Under the pieces are notes generated by a model. The model was not told the origin of the DNA, did not search any database, and worked only from the letters and a program-made list of their open reading frames with translations. Made by a program: the position numbers and the translations under genes. Shown here in pieces: positions 21,131 to 31,673 of a stretch of DNA of 64,000 bases. Position 1 is the stretch's first letter; each line of letters begins with the position of its first letter. Origin of the DNA: Phycisphaerales bacterium (GTDB taxonomy: Bacteria > Planctomycetota > Phycisphaerae > Phycisphaerales > UBA1924); NCBI GenBank assembly GCA_965227775.1, contig OZ245777.1:992001-1056000 (forward strand), in the 5' to 3' direction.

Positions 21131-22108
21131 GTGCTCACGCTGTTCCTGCCGCTGCTCTCGCTGGCGATTGCCCAGCCCGCACAAGACACGACGCCGATCC
21201 AGACGCTCGCCATCGGTGATCGCGTCGAGTCGATCGACGTCGAGCACTGGGTGCGTTTCGATCGCCCCCAGGGAGACCCCGTCAAAGAGTTCGAGCAGGG
21301 TACCGTCTACGTGGTCGACTTTTGGGCGACGTGGTGCGTTCCATGCGTCGCGGCCATGGACAAGGTCAGCGCCTTGCAAGAGCAGTACGCCGACCGAAAC
21401 GTTCGCTTCATCGGCGTGACGGAAGAGAAGCTCTCGACGGTGGTGCGATTCCTCAGCACGCCGGTCGCGGTCGAAGAAGGCCAGAAGCCACGCACGCAGT
21501 ACGATCGCGCGCGCTTCGCGATGGGCGTCGATTCGGATGGCTCGACGGCGAAGATGCTCTTGCCCGAGGGCGTGCGATCGATTCGGCCCCAGTACGCGAT
21601 CATCGATCGGGATGGCACGCTCGCGTGGGTTGACTTCGCAAGTGCCGACGAGCTTCCCGAAATCCTTGATGCCGTGCTGGAAGGAACGTGGGACGCCGAG
21701 GCGTACCGGATCGAGTTCGAGCGGGAACTCGTGATTGTGGCCGAGCGGGATCGGATCATGGCCGAGGAAGACTGGGCCGCGGCGAAGGACCAATTCTGGG
21801 ATGACGCGGATCTGCTCGGCAGGATCGCGTTTGCCATCGCCTTCGGCTTTGGCAAGCCGATCCAGAACGCCGACACGGGCGTCGCGCTCGAATTCGCGAC
21901 GCGTGCCAATGAGCTCAAGGATGGACAGAACGCCTTCGCCCTGCACAGCATGGCAAAGCTGGCTTCGGACAAGGGCGATGTAGCGAAGGCTGTCGAGCTG
22001 CAGGAACGCGCCGTCGAGATCTGCAAGACCGACGCGGCGTCCGCAGGGTTCCTCGACTACTACTCGAGCACGCTCGAGCAATATCGCAAGGCCCTCGCGA
22101 GCAAGTAG
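21131..22108 (+). CDS. Secreted TlpA-like thioredoxin with C-terminal TPR-like helices
   Basis: Signal peptide; DFWATWCVPC (CxxC); KAVELQERAVE helix. Confidence 0.8.
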   Translation: MLTLFLPLLSLAIAQPAQDTTPIQTLAIGDRVESIDVEHWVRFDRPQGDPVKEFEQGTVYVVDFWATWCVPCVAAMDKVSALQEQYADRNVRFIGVTEEKLSTVVRFLSTPVAVEEGQKPRTQYDRARFAMGVDSDGSTAKMLLPEGVRSIRPQYAIIDRDGTLAWVDFASADELPEILDAVLEGTWDAEAYRIEFERELVIVAERDRIMAEEDWAAAKDQFWDDADLLGRIAFAIAFGFGKPIQNADTGVALEFATRANELKDGQNAFALHSMAKLASDKGDVAKAVELQERAVEICKTDAASAGFLDYYSSTLEQYRKALASK

Positions 22109-22123
22109 GCCGCCGATCGCCGA

Positions 22124-22519
22124 ATGCCAACGCCCGACGAGTTCATGATGGAGGTCCCCGCGTCGCTGCGGCGGCGAGCGGCGTCGATCCGCCGGTTCGT
22201 GCTGGAGCTTGTGCCGCACGCCGCTGAGCGGGTCACGTGGGACGCCATCTCAATCTACGACCCCGATCGCGGCGGGCCGGTGAAGGGCTCGATCTGCCAG
22301 ATCGTGCACCGCCGCGGCGCGCTCCGGCTCGACTTCCCACTCGGCGAGTTCATGGATGATCCCTCGGGCCTGCTCCAGGGCGAGGCCGGCCGCCGGGGCA
22401 AGCGCTTCGTGCCGATCGGCGCCGAAGAGCCGTCTGCCGCCGACGTCGAGCGCCTCATCCGGGCGTCGCTCGCGGCCCCGCCCAAGCCCAAGCGACTGCC
22501 CGGGTCACCCGCCGGCTAG
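22124..22519 (+). CDS. DUF1801-like protein
   Basis: [32 protein letters not shown]...KRFV pattern typical of DUF1801. Confidence 0.65.
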   Translation: MPTPDEFMMEVPASLRRRAASIRRFVLELVPHAAERVTWDAISIYDPDRGGPVKGSICQIVHRRGALRLDFPLGEFMDDPSGLLQGEAGRRGKRFVPIGAEEPSAADVERLIRASLAAPPKPKRLPGSPAG

Positions 22520-22583
22520 CCACGCGTGGCGGCCGCGTTCGCTACCATACCCGTCGACGCCCGAACCGCGCCCGGAGCCCGCT

Positions 22584-23918
22584 ATGCCCATCACCGTCAC
22601 CATGCCCCGCCTGTCCGACACCATGGAGGTCGGCACCGTCGTCCAGTGGCACGTCAAGGAGGGCGACACCGTCTCTCCCGGCGATGTGCTGGCCGACATC
22701 GAGACCGACAAGGCAACCATGGAGCTCGAAGCATTCGACGAGGGCACCGTCGCCAAGCTGGCGGCAAAGCAGGGCGACTCGGTGAACGTGGGCGACCCAA
22801 TCGTGATCATCGCCGAAGAGGGCGAGGACGTGTCCGAGGCGGCCAGCAGCGGCGGTGAGGCCAAGACCGAGGCGAAATCGGAAACGAAGATCGAGACCAA
22901 GCAGGCCGAGGGCTCGAGTTCGTCGACCGCCTCCAGCGGCACGGCGACCGCGCCGGCCCCGACCTCCAACGGCAGCACCAACGGCTCGACCTCCAACGGT
23001 GACGGCGGCCGCATCTTCGCCAGCCCGCTCGCGAAGAAGATCGCCGGCGAGCACAACGTCGACCTCGCGGGCATCGACGGTACAGGCCCGAGCGGCCGGA
23101 TCGTGAAGAAGGACGTCGAGTACGCGCTCGAGTCCGGCGGCGCGAGCGCACCGGCGTCGCGCGGTGCGCCCGCCCAGCCCGAGCTGCCGCCCATCGGCGC
23201 GGCGCTGCAGGACAACACCGTCACGCTCAGCAACATGCGCGGCACCATCGCCAAGCGCCTCGTGCAGAGCAAGCAGACGATCCCGCACTACCAGGTCACC
23301 GTCGAGGTCGACATGGACGCCCTACTCGACCTGCGCGAGCAGCTCAACGAGCAGCTGAGCGCCCAGGGCGTCAAGCTCACGGTCAACGACTTCCTGGTTC
23401 GCGCGTGTGCGCTGGCGATGCACCAGCACCCCTTCGTCAATAGCTCGTGGGACGACAGCGGCAAGCATCCCGCTATCAAGCAGCACGGCTCGGTCAACGT
23501 TGGCGTCGCCGTCGCCCTTCCCGAGGAGCGTGGCGGGGGCCTGGTCGTTCCCGTGCTGCAGGGCACCGATCGCATGGGCCTGCGCACCATCTCGAGCGAG
23601 ACGCGCCGCCTGGCCAAGAAGGCCCGCGAGAAGGGCCTGAGCGTCGAGGACATGGACGGGGCGACCTTCACCATCAGCAACCTGGGCATGTTCGGCGTGT
23701 CGCACTTCACCGCCATCATCAATCCGCCCAACGCGTGCATCCTGGCCGTCGGCGCCGCGCGCGAGATCCCGGTCGTCCGCGACGGCCAGCTCATGATCGG
23801 CAGCGTGATGAGCATGACGATGTCCAGCGACCACCGCATCGTCGACGGCGCGATGGCCGCCCAATACCTCAACACCGTCAAGGGCATGCTCGAAGCGCCC
23901 GCGACGCTCTTGGTCTAA
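22584..23918 (+). CDS. pdhC: Pyruvate dehydrogenase E2 dihydrolipoamide acetyltransferase
   Basis: Lipoyl ETDKA, E3-binding [15 protein letters not shown], catalytic DHRIVDG. Confidence 0.95.
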   Translation: MPITVTMPRLSDTMEVGTVVQWHVKEGDTVSPGDVLADIETDKATMELEAFDEGTVAKLAAKQGDSVNVGDPIVIIAEEGEDVSEAASSGGEAKTEAKSETKIETKQAEGSSSSTASSGTATAPAPTSNGSTNGSTSNGDGGRIFASPLAKKIAGEHNVDLAGIDGTGPSGRIVKKDVEYALESGGASAPASRGAPAQPELPPIGAALQDNTVTLSNMRGTIAKRLVQSKQTIPHYQVTVEVDMDALLDLREQLNEQLSAQGVKLTVNDFLVRACALAMHQHPFVNSSWDDSGKHPAIKQHGSVNVGVAVALPEERGGGLVVPVLQGTDRMGLRTISSETRRLAKKAREKGLSVEDMDGATFTISNLGMFGVSHFTAIINPPNACILAVGAAREIPVVRDGQLMIGSVMSMTMSSDHRIVDGAMAAQYLNTVKGMLEAPATLLV

Positions 23919-23927
23919 GCGGCCCGC

Positions 23928-24425
23928 GTGCACGACGCGCCGGCGGTCACCATCCGCGCCGAGCGAGCCGAGGACGTTGATGCCATCGATCGCGTACTGC
24001 GCGAGTCGTTCCCAACGGCCGACGAAGCGCAGCTCGTGAGGCAATTGCGCGCCGATGGCGACCTGCGCGTCTCGCTCGTAGCCGAGGTCGATGGCGCCGT
24101 GGTCGGCTGCGTCGCCATCAGTCCGGTGACCATCGACGGCGAAGCATGCAACGGTGTCGGCCTCGCGCCCGTGGCGGTGCTGCCGGGCCATCAATCGCGC
24201 GGCATCGGCGCCACGCTCGTCGCCGCGGGGCTGGCCGCGTTCTGCGTCGTGCTCGGCGAGCCGGCGTACTACCGGCGCTTCGGCTTCCGCCCCGCCGCCA
24301 AGCACGGGCTGTCCAGCGTCTACGACGCCGGCGACGCGTTCATGGTGCTCACCCTGCCAGGCGGGACATTGCCTGATGGTGGCGGGCTCGTCCGATACGC
24401 TCCGGCGTTCGACGCTTTGGGGTAA
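23928..24425 (+). CDS. YhbS-like GNAT acetyltransferase
   Basis: EAQLVRQLR, LAPVAVLP.HQSRGIG, VVLGEPAYYRRFGF. Confidence 0.85.
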   Translation: MHDAPAVTIRAERAEDVDAIDRVLRESFPTADEAQLVRQLRADGDLRVSLVAEVDGAVVGCVAISPVTIDGEACNGVGLAPVAVLPGHQSRGIGATLVAAGLAAFCVVLGEPAYYRRFGFRPAAKHGLSSVYDAGDAFMVLTLPGGTLPDGGGLVRYAPAFDALG

Positions 24426-24500
24426 AAGAGCCGATGCACATGTAAGCAATCGCTAGCTTTTCCCAGTACACTCTCTGGGCGCACCGCCCCGGGAGGCTCC

Positions 24501-25415
24501 ATGACCGACGCAGACGCCAACAACGAAGCCGCGAACACCGAGAACGCCGCGGCAAAGAAGCCCCGCAAGTGGCGCAAGCGCCTCCGCCGGGGCGCCATCG
24601 GCGTGCTCGCCGGTACCGCCCTGTTCGCGCTCGCCTCGTGCATCCACCTCGACCACCCCAACCCCGACTACCCCGCGACCAACGCCGAGGTCGACGCCGC
24701 CATCGAAGAGATGAAGGAGGCCCCCGTCGGCCTCGATCGCCCGCTGGTGGTCCTCAGCGGCTGGCGCAGCCCGAGCATGACCGGCCGCGGCATGGCCGGG
24801 CGCATCAAGGAAGTCACCGGCGCGAAGGACGACGAGGTCCTCGCGATCTCCTACGTGTGGCAAGAGGACATCCGCGACATCGCCGACACCGTCGCCCAGA
24901 AGGTCGCCGACGAGTTCGGCACCGAGGTCGACCCGCTCACCGGCGACCGATGGACCGTCGAGGTCGACGTGGTTGCCATCTCGATGGGCGGCCTCGTCGC
25001 GCGCACGGCCTGGGCCGAGCCAACCGAGGTCAAACGCAACCTGGGCGTGCGCCTCAACATCCAGACGCTCTACACGCTCGGTAGCCCGCACCGAGGCGCG
25101 AAGCTCGCCAACTGGATCCGCCTCGACGAATCGGCCCGCCAGATGCAGCCCGGCTCGGAGTTCCTGGCCATGCTCGACGACGCGACCATCGGCGACACGC
25201 ACGACCTGACCGTCGTGCCCTACGCCACGCTGCGCGACACCTGGGTGGGCGCCACCAACGCGTCGCCCAACGGGCAGGACCCCATCTGGGTGCCCGGCCG
25301 CGTCGTGCTGAGCCACCACCTCATCTCGCTGGACGACCGCATCCTGGCCGACATCGGCCGCCGCCTTCGGGGCGAGGAGCCGCTGGGCCAGCCCTCGGCG
25401 CCGCCGCGGGACTAG
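24501..25415 (+). CDS. Alpha/beta hydrolase (lipase/esterase-like), probably a lipoprotein
   Basis: VDVVAISMGGLVAR elbow, TLGSPHRGA, LASC lipobox-like motif after a hydrophobic stretch. Confidence 0.75.
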   Translation: MTDADANNEAANTENAAAKKPRKWRKRLRRGAIGVLAGTALFALASCIHLDHPNPDYPATNAEVDAAIEEMKEAPVGLDRPLVVLSGWRSPSMTGRGMAGRIKEVTGAKDDEVLAISYVWQEDIRDIADTVAQKVADEFGTEVDPLTGDRWTVEVDVVAISMGGLVARTAWAEPTEVKRNLGVRLNIQTLYTLGSPHRGAKLANWIRLDESARQMQPGSEFLAMLDDATIGDTHDLTVVPYATLRDTWVGATNASPNGQDPIWVPGRVVLSHHLISLDDRILADIGRRLRGEEPLGQPSAPPRD

Positions 25416-25476
25416 GCCGGCACCGAATCTCCCGAAAAGTCAACACTCCCCAACTCGGATTCCTGCAATTTCGAGT

Positions 25477-26352
25477 ATGGTCACGTGGGAGAGGTGCGAA
25501 TTGAATCGACAACATGCACCGGTACTGTGCCTTGCGGCGGTATGCGTGCTGGCGATGGCCCCGCCGTCGGCGCGGGCGCAGGAACCGCGCATCTTGTACG
25601 GCGACTTGAACTCGATCAGCTTCGTGTCTGCGCCGATCAGGGGTGCCCTGGGCGATCTTGGCCTCGACTTCACACTGGTGTTCTCGGATGAAGAATTCCT
25701 GAATGAGGTTCGCTTCCGGCGATGGGACTTGGTCATCCTTCGCAGCAAGCGGCGTTTCGTTGAGCCCTTTGAGCGTGAGATCATCGCCGAGCTCGAGGCG
25801 CACGTGGCTGGCGGGGGCGCGCTGCACTTCCAGATGGCCGACTTGGAGAACGCGCCCGCCGAGCTTCTGGACGTGCTGGGCATCGCTGATGCCATCGACC
25901 TGCGTTTCCCGTTGAGCGATATCGAGTTCGCGCCTCCTAAGCACCCGTCGGTTCCTGGTGGCGGGTTCCTTTCGCTTGCCGACGAGATCTACCCGCCAGA
26001 TTTCGGTGACGCGCTGGTGCCACTTGATGGCGGTACCGTTACCCAGCGTTTTGTGGTCGATCAGACGCCTGCGACGGTGCTCACACGCTCAGGTCGGGTC
26101 TTGGTCAATGGCCAGCAATGGGACAATTGGGTCGCGAGCGGCGCTGCAAACGGTACCGCCGGCAATCAGATTCGCTGGCTGCTGCGCTGTCCTGCTGATC
26201 TCGACCTCGATGGCACGACGACGATCAACGACTTCCTGGTGTTCCAGAACCTGTTCATGCTCGAAGACACCGTGGCCGACGTCGATGGCGACGGCACGTG
26301 GACGGTGTTCGATTTCCTGGCGTTCGTCAACGCATTCGAAAACGGCTGCTGA
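25477..26352 (+). CDS. Secreted protein with C-terminal GC-type dockerin-like domain
   Basis: Signal peptide ARA-Q; CPADLDLDG..DFLVFQNLF..ADVDGDG..FDFLAFVNAFENGC. Confidence 0.8.
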   Translation: MVTWERCELNRQHAPVLCLAAVCVLAMAPPSARAQEPRILYGDLNSISFVSAPIRGALGDLGLDFTLVFSDEEFLNEVRFRRWDLVILRSKRRFVEPFEREIIAELEAHVAGGGALHFQMADLENAPAELLDVLGIADAIDLRFPLSDIEFAPPKHPSVPGGGFLSLADEIYPPDFGDALVPLDGGTVTQRFVVDQTPATVLTRSGRVLVNGQQWDNWVASGAANGTAGNQIRWLLRCPADLDLDGTTTINDFLVFQNLFMLEDTVADVDGDGTWTVFDFLAFVNAFENGC

Positions 26353-26353
26353 C

Positions 26354-27406
26354 CTACTCCGCGAGCCGCTCTTCCTTTTGCGGCCGGCTCATCAGCAGGC
26401 CGATGGCGTCCACCGGGTCGAGCCCGTCGAACAGCACGGCGTGCACCGCCTCGCAGATGGGCATCTCGACGCCGTGCCTGCCCGCCAGTTCCATCACGGC
26501 CCGGGTCGTCGCGACGCCCTCGACCACGTGCATGGTCGCCTCCATGTGCTGCTCGAGCGTGCGGCCCTTGCCCAGCGCTTCCCCGCAGGCCCGGTTGCGG
26601 CCCTGGGGGCTGAAGCACGTGGTCGCCAGGTCGCCCACGCCCGCGACGCCGAAGAAGGTCTCCGGCTCGGCGCCCATCGCGACGCCCAGGCGCACGATCT
26701 CCGCCAGGCCGCGCGCGAGCAGGGCGCTCTTGGCGTTGTAGCCGGCCTGCAGGCCGTCGAGGATGCCCGCGGCGATGGCGATGACGTTCTTGATCGCGCC
26801 GGCCAGCTCGGTGCCCACGAGGTCGTTGCTCGTGTAGATGCGCAGGTAGCTCGCGGCGAACCACCGCTGGACGTCGCGCGCGAAGCGGTCGTCCTCGCTG
26901 GCGGCGATCATCGTGGCCGGCAGCCCGCGCGCGAGTTCGGCGGCGATGGTGGGGCCGCTGAGCGCCGCGATCGGACGATCCGAGCCAACGACTTCGGCGA
27001 TGACCTCGGTCGGCCGCAGCAGCGTGCCCTGCTCCAGCCCTTTGGCCGTGCTGATGATGCCGGCGTCGTGGGGCACGTGGGGCTTCAGGCGCGTGAACGC
27101 CTCGCGGATGTGCTGCACCGGAATCGCGCAGACGACCAGCCCCGCGCCCTGCAGCGCCGACTCATCGCTCAGGGCCACCCCCACGCGCTCGGGCAGGGTG
27201 AAGCCCTCCAGCAGCGGGCTGCGGCGGACCTGGGCGAGCTTGTGCTGGGCGTCGAGCTCGTGGCCCCACAGGGCGATGCGGCCGATCTCGTCGGGCTCGC
27301 CCGAGCTGCCCGGAGGCGCATCGCCATCCTGCGGCGAGGCCGAGGCCAGGATCGCCGTACACACCAGCCCCATCTGTCCCGCTCCGAGCACCGCCGCGTG
27401 TCGCAT
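26354..27406 (-). CDS. gpsA: NAD(P)H-dependent glycerol-3-phosphate dehydrogenase
   Basis: GAGQMG, KGLE, LSGPTIA, GAIKNVIAIAAG, GDLATTC, VVEG. Confidence 0.95.
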   Translation of the reverse strand: MRHAAVLGAGQMGLVCTAILASASPQDGDAPPGSSGEPDEIGRIALWGHELDAQHKLAQVRRSPLLEGFTLPERVGVALSDESALQGAGLVVCAIPVQHIREAFTRLKPHVPHDAGIISTAKGLEQGTLLRPTEVIAEVVGSDRPIAALSGPTIAAELARGLPATMIAASEDDRFARDVQRWFAASYLRIYTSNDLVGTELAGAIKNVIAIAAGILDGLQAGYNAKSALLARGLAEIVRLGVAMGAEPETFFGVAGVGDLATTCFSPQGRNRACGEALGKGRTLEQHMEATMHVVEGVATTRAVMELAGRHGVEMPICEAVHAVLFDGLDPVDAIGLLMSRPQKEERLAE

Positions 27407-27608
27407 GGGCCACGGTACGCCGCGAACCACCCCGCCGGTCCCGGCGTAAGCAGGCCTTCACCCGGCCCGCCGGGCCTGTGCCCGTGCGCCGACGACCGCG
27501 CCGATCTGGTGGCGGGCGTGCCCGGTGAAAGCCATCCGGGGGCCTAAAGTGGCCCCTCATCAGGACGTCCCAGCACCTCCGAATCGCCCCGGCAGGAGAC
27601 GCCAGCCC

Positions 27609-29636
27609 ATGTCGACGATCGCCAGCCCCACCAGAGACGACCTGGACCAGCTCGAAGCGCCAGACCTCAGCACCGAGACCGAGCAGGAAAGCCGGATCGA
27701 GCTGCGGATCTTCGTCTTCCTGATCGCCGCGATCGTGCTTGCGTGCTCGGTCATCGCCCGCTGGACGGGCATGACCAGCGAGGCCGTCGCCGCCGTGCCG
27801 GCCGGGCTGGCCGCCGTCGTGCTGGGCGGCTTCTTGTTGCCCCCGGCGTGGCGCGAGATCCGCCGCGGCGAGTTCGGCTCGCGCTGCCTGGTGGTCATCG
27901 CGGTGGGCGGGGCGCTCGCGCTGGAGCGTTACTTCGAGGCAGGCCTGCTCGCGTTCATCCTGAACATCAGCAACGAGATCGTCGAACGCACCGCCAGCGG
28001 CGCCCGCCGCGCCATCGAGGCCCTGGTTGGCCTGACGCCCGACACCGCCCGCGTCGTCGACGAAGACGGCAACGAGCGCGAGGAGCAGATCACCGACGTC
28101 AAGCTGGGCCAGATCGTCCGCGTCCGCCCGGGTGAGAACCTGCCCGTCGACGGTCGCATCGTCAAGGGCCAGAGCGAGATCAACCAGGCGTCGCTGACGG
28201 GCGAGGCCATCCCCGTCTCGGTGCAGGCGGGCAGCGAGGTCTACGCCGGCACGACCAACCTCTCGGGCATCATCGAGCTCGAGGTCACGCAGGTGGGCGA
28301 GGACACGACCATCGGCAAGGTCACCCAGCTCATCCGCGAGGCCGAGAGCACCAAGACGCAGCGCCAGCAGATCATCGAGCAGGTTGCTCGCTTCTTCGTG
28401 CCCATCGCCATCGGCGTGGCGTTCATCGTCTTCATGCTCAGCGCGAACAACGCGCAGACGCAGCAGGACGCGTTCGCCTCGGCTCTCGCCGTGCTCGTCG
28501 TCGCGGTGCCTGCCGCGCTGCTGCTGGCCAGTCCGACGGCCATGGTCGCCGCCTTCGGCGCTGCGGCCCGTCTTGGCATCCTCGTCAAGAGCACCGGCTT
28601 CCTCGAGGCCGCCGCCAGCGTCAACACGATCATCATGGACAAGACCGGCACCATCACCACCGGCACCTTCGAGGTGACGCGACTGGTGCCCGCCGAAGGC
28701 ATCGAAGGAGCCGACCTCCTGAAGGCCGCGGCTACGGCCGAGCGCAACAGCAACCACCCGCTCGCGCAGTCCATCGCGCGTACGGCCGACAAGGCGCGCG
28801 TGCCCGTCGAAACGCCCAGCGAATTCCAGGAACTGCACGGCAAGGGCGTTCGCGCCGTTACCCAGGCAGGCGAGCTGCACGTCGGCCGGTCGAGCTGGCT
28901 GAAGGAACTCAAGCCCGGCCAGGCGTCGGCCATCGAAGTGATCGAGGCCAAGATCGAGGGCATCAGCGGCGTGCACGTCATGCGTGACGGCAGGTACATG
29001 GGCGTCGTTGGCCTCGAGGACCGCGTCCGCAAGAACACCAAGAACGTGCTGCAGCGTCTGCGCGAGCTCGGCGCTCGACACATCGCCATCTTCACGGGTG
29101 ATCGCCTCAGCGTGGCCAAGCGCGTGGGCGTAGCTGTCGGCGTCGACGCCATCGAGGCCGAGTGCCTGCCCGAAGAGAAGTACCAGCTCGTGAGAGATCT
29201 GGTCGACCGCGGCTACCGCGTCATGATGGTCGGCGATGGCATCAACGACGGTCCCTCGCTGGCCGAGGCCGACGTGGGCGTGGCCATGGGTCTCAGCGGC
29301 TCGGACATCGCCGCCAACTCGGCCGGCGTCGCGCTCATGAACGACGACCTCAGCCGCATCCCCTTCTTCATCGAGCTCGCGCGTAAGACCAAGGCGATCA
29401 TCCTGCAGAACATCATCGCCTCGATCCTGTTTGTGATCGTGGGCCTTGTCATCGCTTCGACGGGCTTCATCAACCTGACGGTCGCCGGCCTCTACCAGAT
29501 CCTGCCGGTCCTGTTCGTGATGTTCAACAGCTTCCGCCTGTTCCGCTTTGGCGAGAGCTTCGCTGCGATCGAGGGCGAGGCCGAAGGCGGTCCCAAGCGC
29601 CGCGAAGCGTCGATGCGCGGGCTGGCGACGGCCTGA
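27609..29636 (+). CDS. P1B-like cation-translocating P-type ATPase with atypical TM motif
   Basis: LTGE, DKTGT, SNHPLA, TGD, GDGIND. VPA stands in place of CPC/SPC. Confidence 0.9.
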   Translation: MSTIASPTRDDLDQLEAPDLSTETEQESRIELRIFVFLIAAIVLACSVIARWTGMTSEAVAAVPAGLAAVVLGGFLLPPAWREIRRGEFGSRCLVVIAVGGALALERYFEAGLLAFILNISNEIVERTASGARRAIEALVGLTPDTARVVDEDGNEREEQITDVKLGQIVRVRPGENLPVDGRIVKGQSEINQASLTGEAIPVSVQAGSEVYAGTTNLSGIIELEVTQVGEDTTIGKVTQLIREAESTKTQRQQIIEQVARFFVPIAIGVAFIVFMLSANNAQTQQDAFASALAVLVVAVPAALLLASPTAMVAAFGAAARLGILVKSTGFLEAAASVNTIIMDKTGTITTGTFEVTRLVPAEGIEGADLLKAAATAERNSNHPLAQSIARTADKARVPVETPSEFQELHGKGVRAVTQAGELHVGRSSWLKELKPGQASAIEVIEAKIEGISGVHVMRDGRYMGVVGLEDRVRKNTKNVLQRLRELGARHIAIFTGDRLSVAKRVGVAVGVDAIEAECLPEEKYQLVRDLVDRGYRVMMVGDGINDGPSLAEADVGVAMGLSGSDIAANSAGVALMNDDLSRIPFFIELARKTKAIILQNIIASILFVIVGLVIASTGFINLTVAGLYQILPVLFVMFNSFRLFRFGESFAAIEGEAEGGPKRREASMRGLATA

Positions 29637-29659
29637 CTCAGGCCATTTGGTCGATGAAC

Positions 29660-29684
29660 AAACCCACGCGTAGGCGTGGGTTTT
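29660..29684. terminator. Bidirectional intrinsic terminator between convergent genes
   Basis: AAACCCACGC-GTAG-GCGTGGGTTTT. Confidence 0.8.
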
Positions 29685-29705
29685 CAATGCGCATCAGTGT
29701 TTCGA

Positions 29706-31451
29706 TCAACAACCAGCCGAGAACGCGTTCTGAAACGCGAGGAAGTCGAAGATCGTGAACTCCCCATCGCTGTCGAAGTCGGCCAGAGGGTCCATGATGT
29801 CGAACAGGTTCTGGAACGCCAGGAAGTCGAAGATGGTCAGAGCGCCATCGCCGTCGAGGTCAGCAGCGCAGGGAGTGCTGCCGAGTTGTCGGCCGAACAC
29901 GACGAATGCCCGTTCCTCGCCGTATCCCGGCGATGGGTAGGTGCCGACGGCGAGGTCGTCCAAACCATCGCCGTTCATGTCTCCGACGAATTCGAGGGAA
30001 AAGCCGATGCGGTCTCGGCTGGTGTCGCTTCCGACAATCACGAACCCGTTCGTGCCATCGATATCGCCGAGCTGCACGACAGGAGGTGGTGGGCTGTCGT
30101 CGCCAAAGAGGATGTACACCTGCCCGAGCTCACCTTCGGCGTATGGCGCCGAGATCGCGATGTCGTTGAGGCCGTCGCCGTTTATGTCGCCGGCGGCGAG
30201 AGATCGGCCGCTGGCACCAAACTCGAGATCGCCTTCGATCGCGAAGCCGTTCGTGCCATCAAGGTCGCCCAGATCGAGTTCTGGTGGGAATCCGTCGTCT
30301 CGGCCGAAGACCACGCGCGTGACGCCGGCAGACAACTTGCCGTCCGCTTCCTCAAGCGGCGCCCCGATCGCGAAGTCGTTGAGCCCATCGCCGTTGATGT
30401 CGCCCAGGCTCGCAACGGCCTGGCCGCTGGCGCCATACGCGCCAGCGGGGGGGATGGCCTTGAATCCGTTGGTTCCGTCGAGGTCGCCGAGTTCCTCGAT
30501 CACGCTCGGACGGTCTGGCTTGCCATAGATGACGTAGGTCAGGCCCGAGCCGTACTCCTGGTCGGGCGCACCAACGATAATATCGTCAACTCCATCGCCG
30601 TTGACATCACCGACCCTAAGCACTGAACTCCCCGCGCGTTCGCCCGCCTCATCGCCAACCATCCGGGCGCCACGATCGGGGGTGATGTCGCCGGCCTCAA
30701 CGATTGGGGGGAACGGGTCAGACGGGTAATTGCGGCCGTAGAACACGTATGCCGCGCCCGTAAACGACGACGCGCCAGAGCTGTACTGTCGCGCTCCACA
30801 GATCAGATCCACGAAGCCATCGTCATTGAAGTCACCCGCCTGTGCAAGAGACGAGCCAAAGTAATCGAACTGGTTCTCGCCCTTAAATCGCACGCCGGTG
30901 AGTTCGTCGAGATCCTCAAGGCCGAAGACCGCGGCGAATGGTCCGACCACGCCGGAATCACGGCCGAACACCACGTAGGCCTCACCGGCATCCTGCCTGC
31001 CATCTGGATCTGCTCGCTCGGCGGCGATCAGGATGTCGTCTATGCCGTCGCCGTTCACGTCGACGTTGCCGCTGACGGCCGACCCCGCACGATCTCCCGG
31101 ACCGGCGCCGTCGATCCGTAGCCCGTCTTCGCCGTCCAGCGTGCTCACGTCCACCACGGGTGGGAGTGTGGAACCGCCGAAAAAGACGTAGGCAGCACCC
31201 TTGAACCCACCCCCACCGAACTGCGCACCAACGATCAGGTCTTCAAACCCATCGCCGTTGACATCGCCTGCCGATCCGAGCGACGAGCCAAAGAACGACT
31301 CCGATCCAGCACCTTCCAGCCTGAACCCGGTCGAGCCGTCCAATTCCATCAGGTCCAGAATCGAAGGGAACGGATCGTCCTGAGCCAGCAAGGCGCTCGG
31401 AAAGGCGAGGCCGCTTACGGCAAGCAGGATGGCAAGACGGTCGTTGAGCAT
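29706..31451 (-). CDS. FG-GAP/integrin-alpha beta-propeller protein with GC-type dockerin-like C-terminus
   Basis: Seven GDxNGDGxxDxxxGA repeats, signal peptide, dockerin-like double repeat. Confidence 0.9.
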   Translation of the reverse strand: MLNDRLAILLAVSGLAFPSALLAQDDPFPSILDLMELDGSTGFRLEGAGSESFFGSSLGSAGDVNGDGFEDLIVGAQFGGGGFKGAAYVFFGGSTLPPVVDVSTLDGEDGLRIDGAGPGDRAGSAVSGNVDVNGDGIDDILIAAERADPDGRQDAGEAYVVFGRDSGVVGPFAAVFGLEDLDELTGVRFKGENQFDYFGSSLAQAGDFNDDGFVDLICGARQYSSGASSFTGAAYVFYGRNYPSDPFPPIVEAGDITPDRGARMVGDEAGERAGSSVLRVGDVNGDGVDDIIVGAPDQEYGSGLTYVIYGKPDRPSVIEELGDLDGTNGFKAIPPAGAYGASGQAVASLGDINGDGLNDFAIGAPLEEADGKLSAGVTRVVFGRDDGFPPELDLGDLDGTNGFAIEGDLEFGASGRSLAAGDINGDGLNDIAISAPYAEGELGQVYILFGDDSPPPPVVQLGDIDGTNGFVIVGSDTSRDRIGFSLEFVGDMNGDGLDDLAVGTYPSPGYGEERAFVVFGRQLGSTPCAADLDGDGALTIFDFLAFQNLFDIMDPLADFDSDGEFTIFDFLAFQNAFSAGC

Positions 31452-31568
31452 GGCTGAAGTCCCTCCGACCCCCAGCATACCGAAGGCTGCCCAAAATTCC
31501 ATGGCCTTTTTCCCGCCTGGTTCCGGCGATCTGGCAAGATGGGCGAATTCTGAACAATCCCTGATGAT

Positions 31569-31673
31569 CTAGCGAGACCCCGTGTCGAGCGTGTTCTGGT
31601 AACCGAGGTAGTCGAGGATGGCAAATTCGCCGTCGCTATCGAATTCGGCGGGCGGCGACCGATTGGCGATCGA
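31569..31673 (-). pseudogene. Relic GC-type dockerin-like C-terminal fragment
   Basis: Frame between stops reads SIANRSPPAEFDSDGEFAILDYLGYQNTLDTGSR*, with no start codon. Confidence 0.6.
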
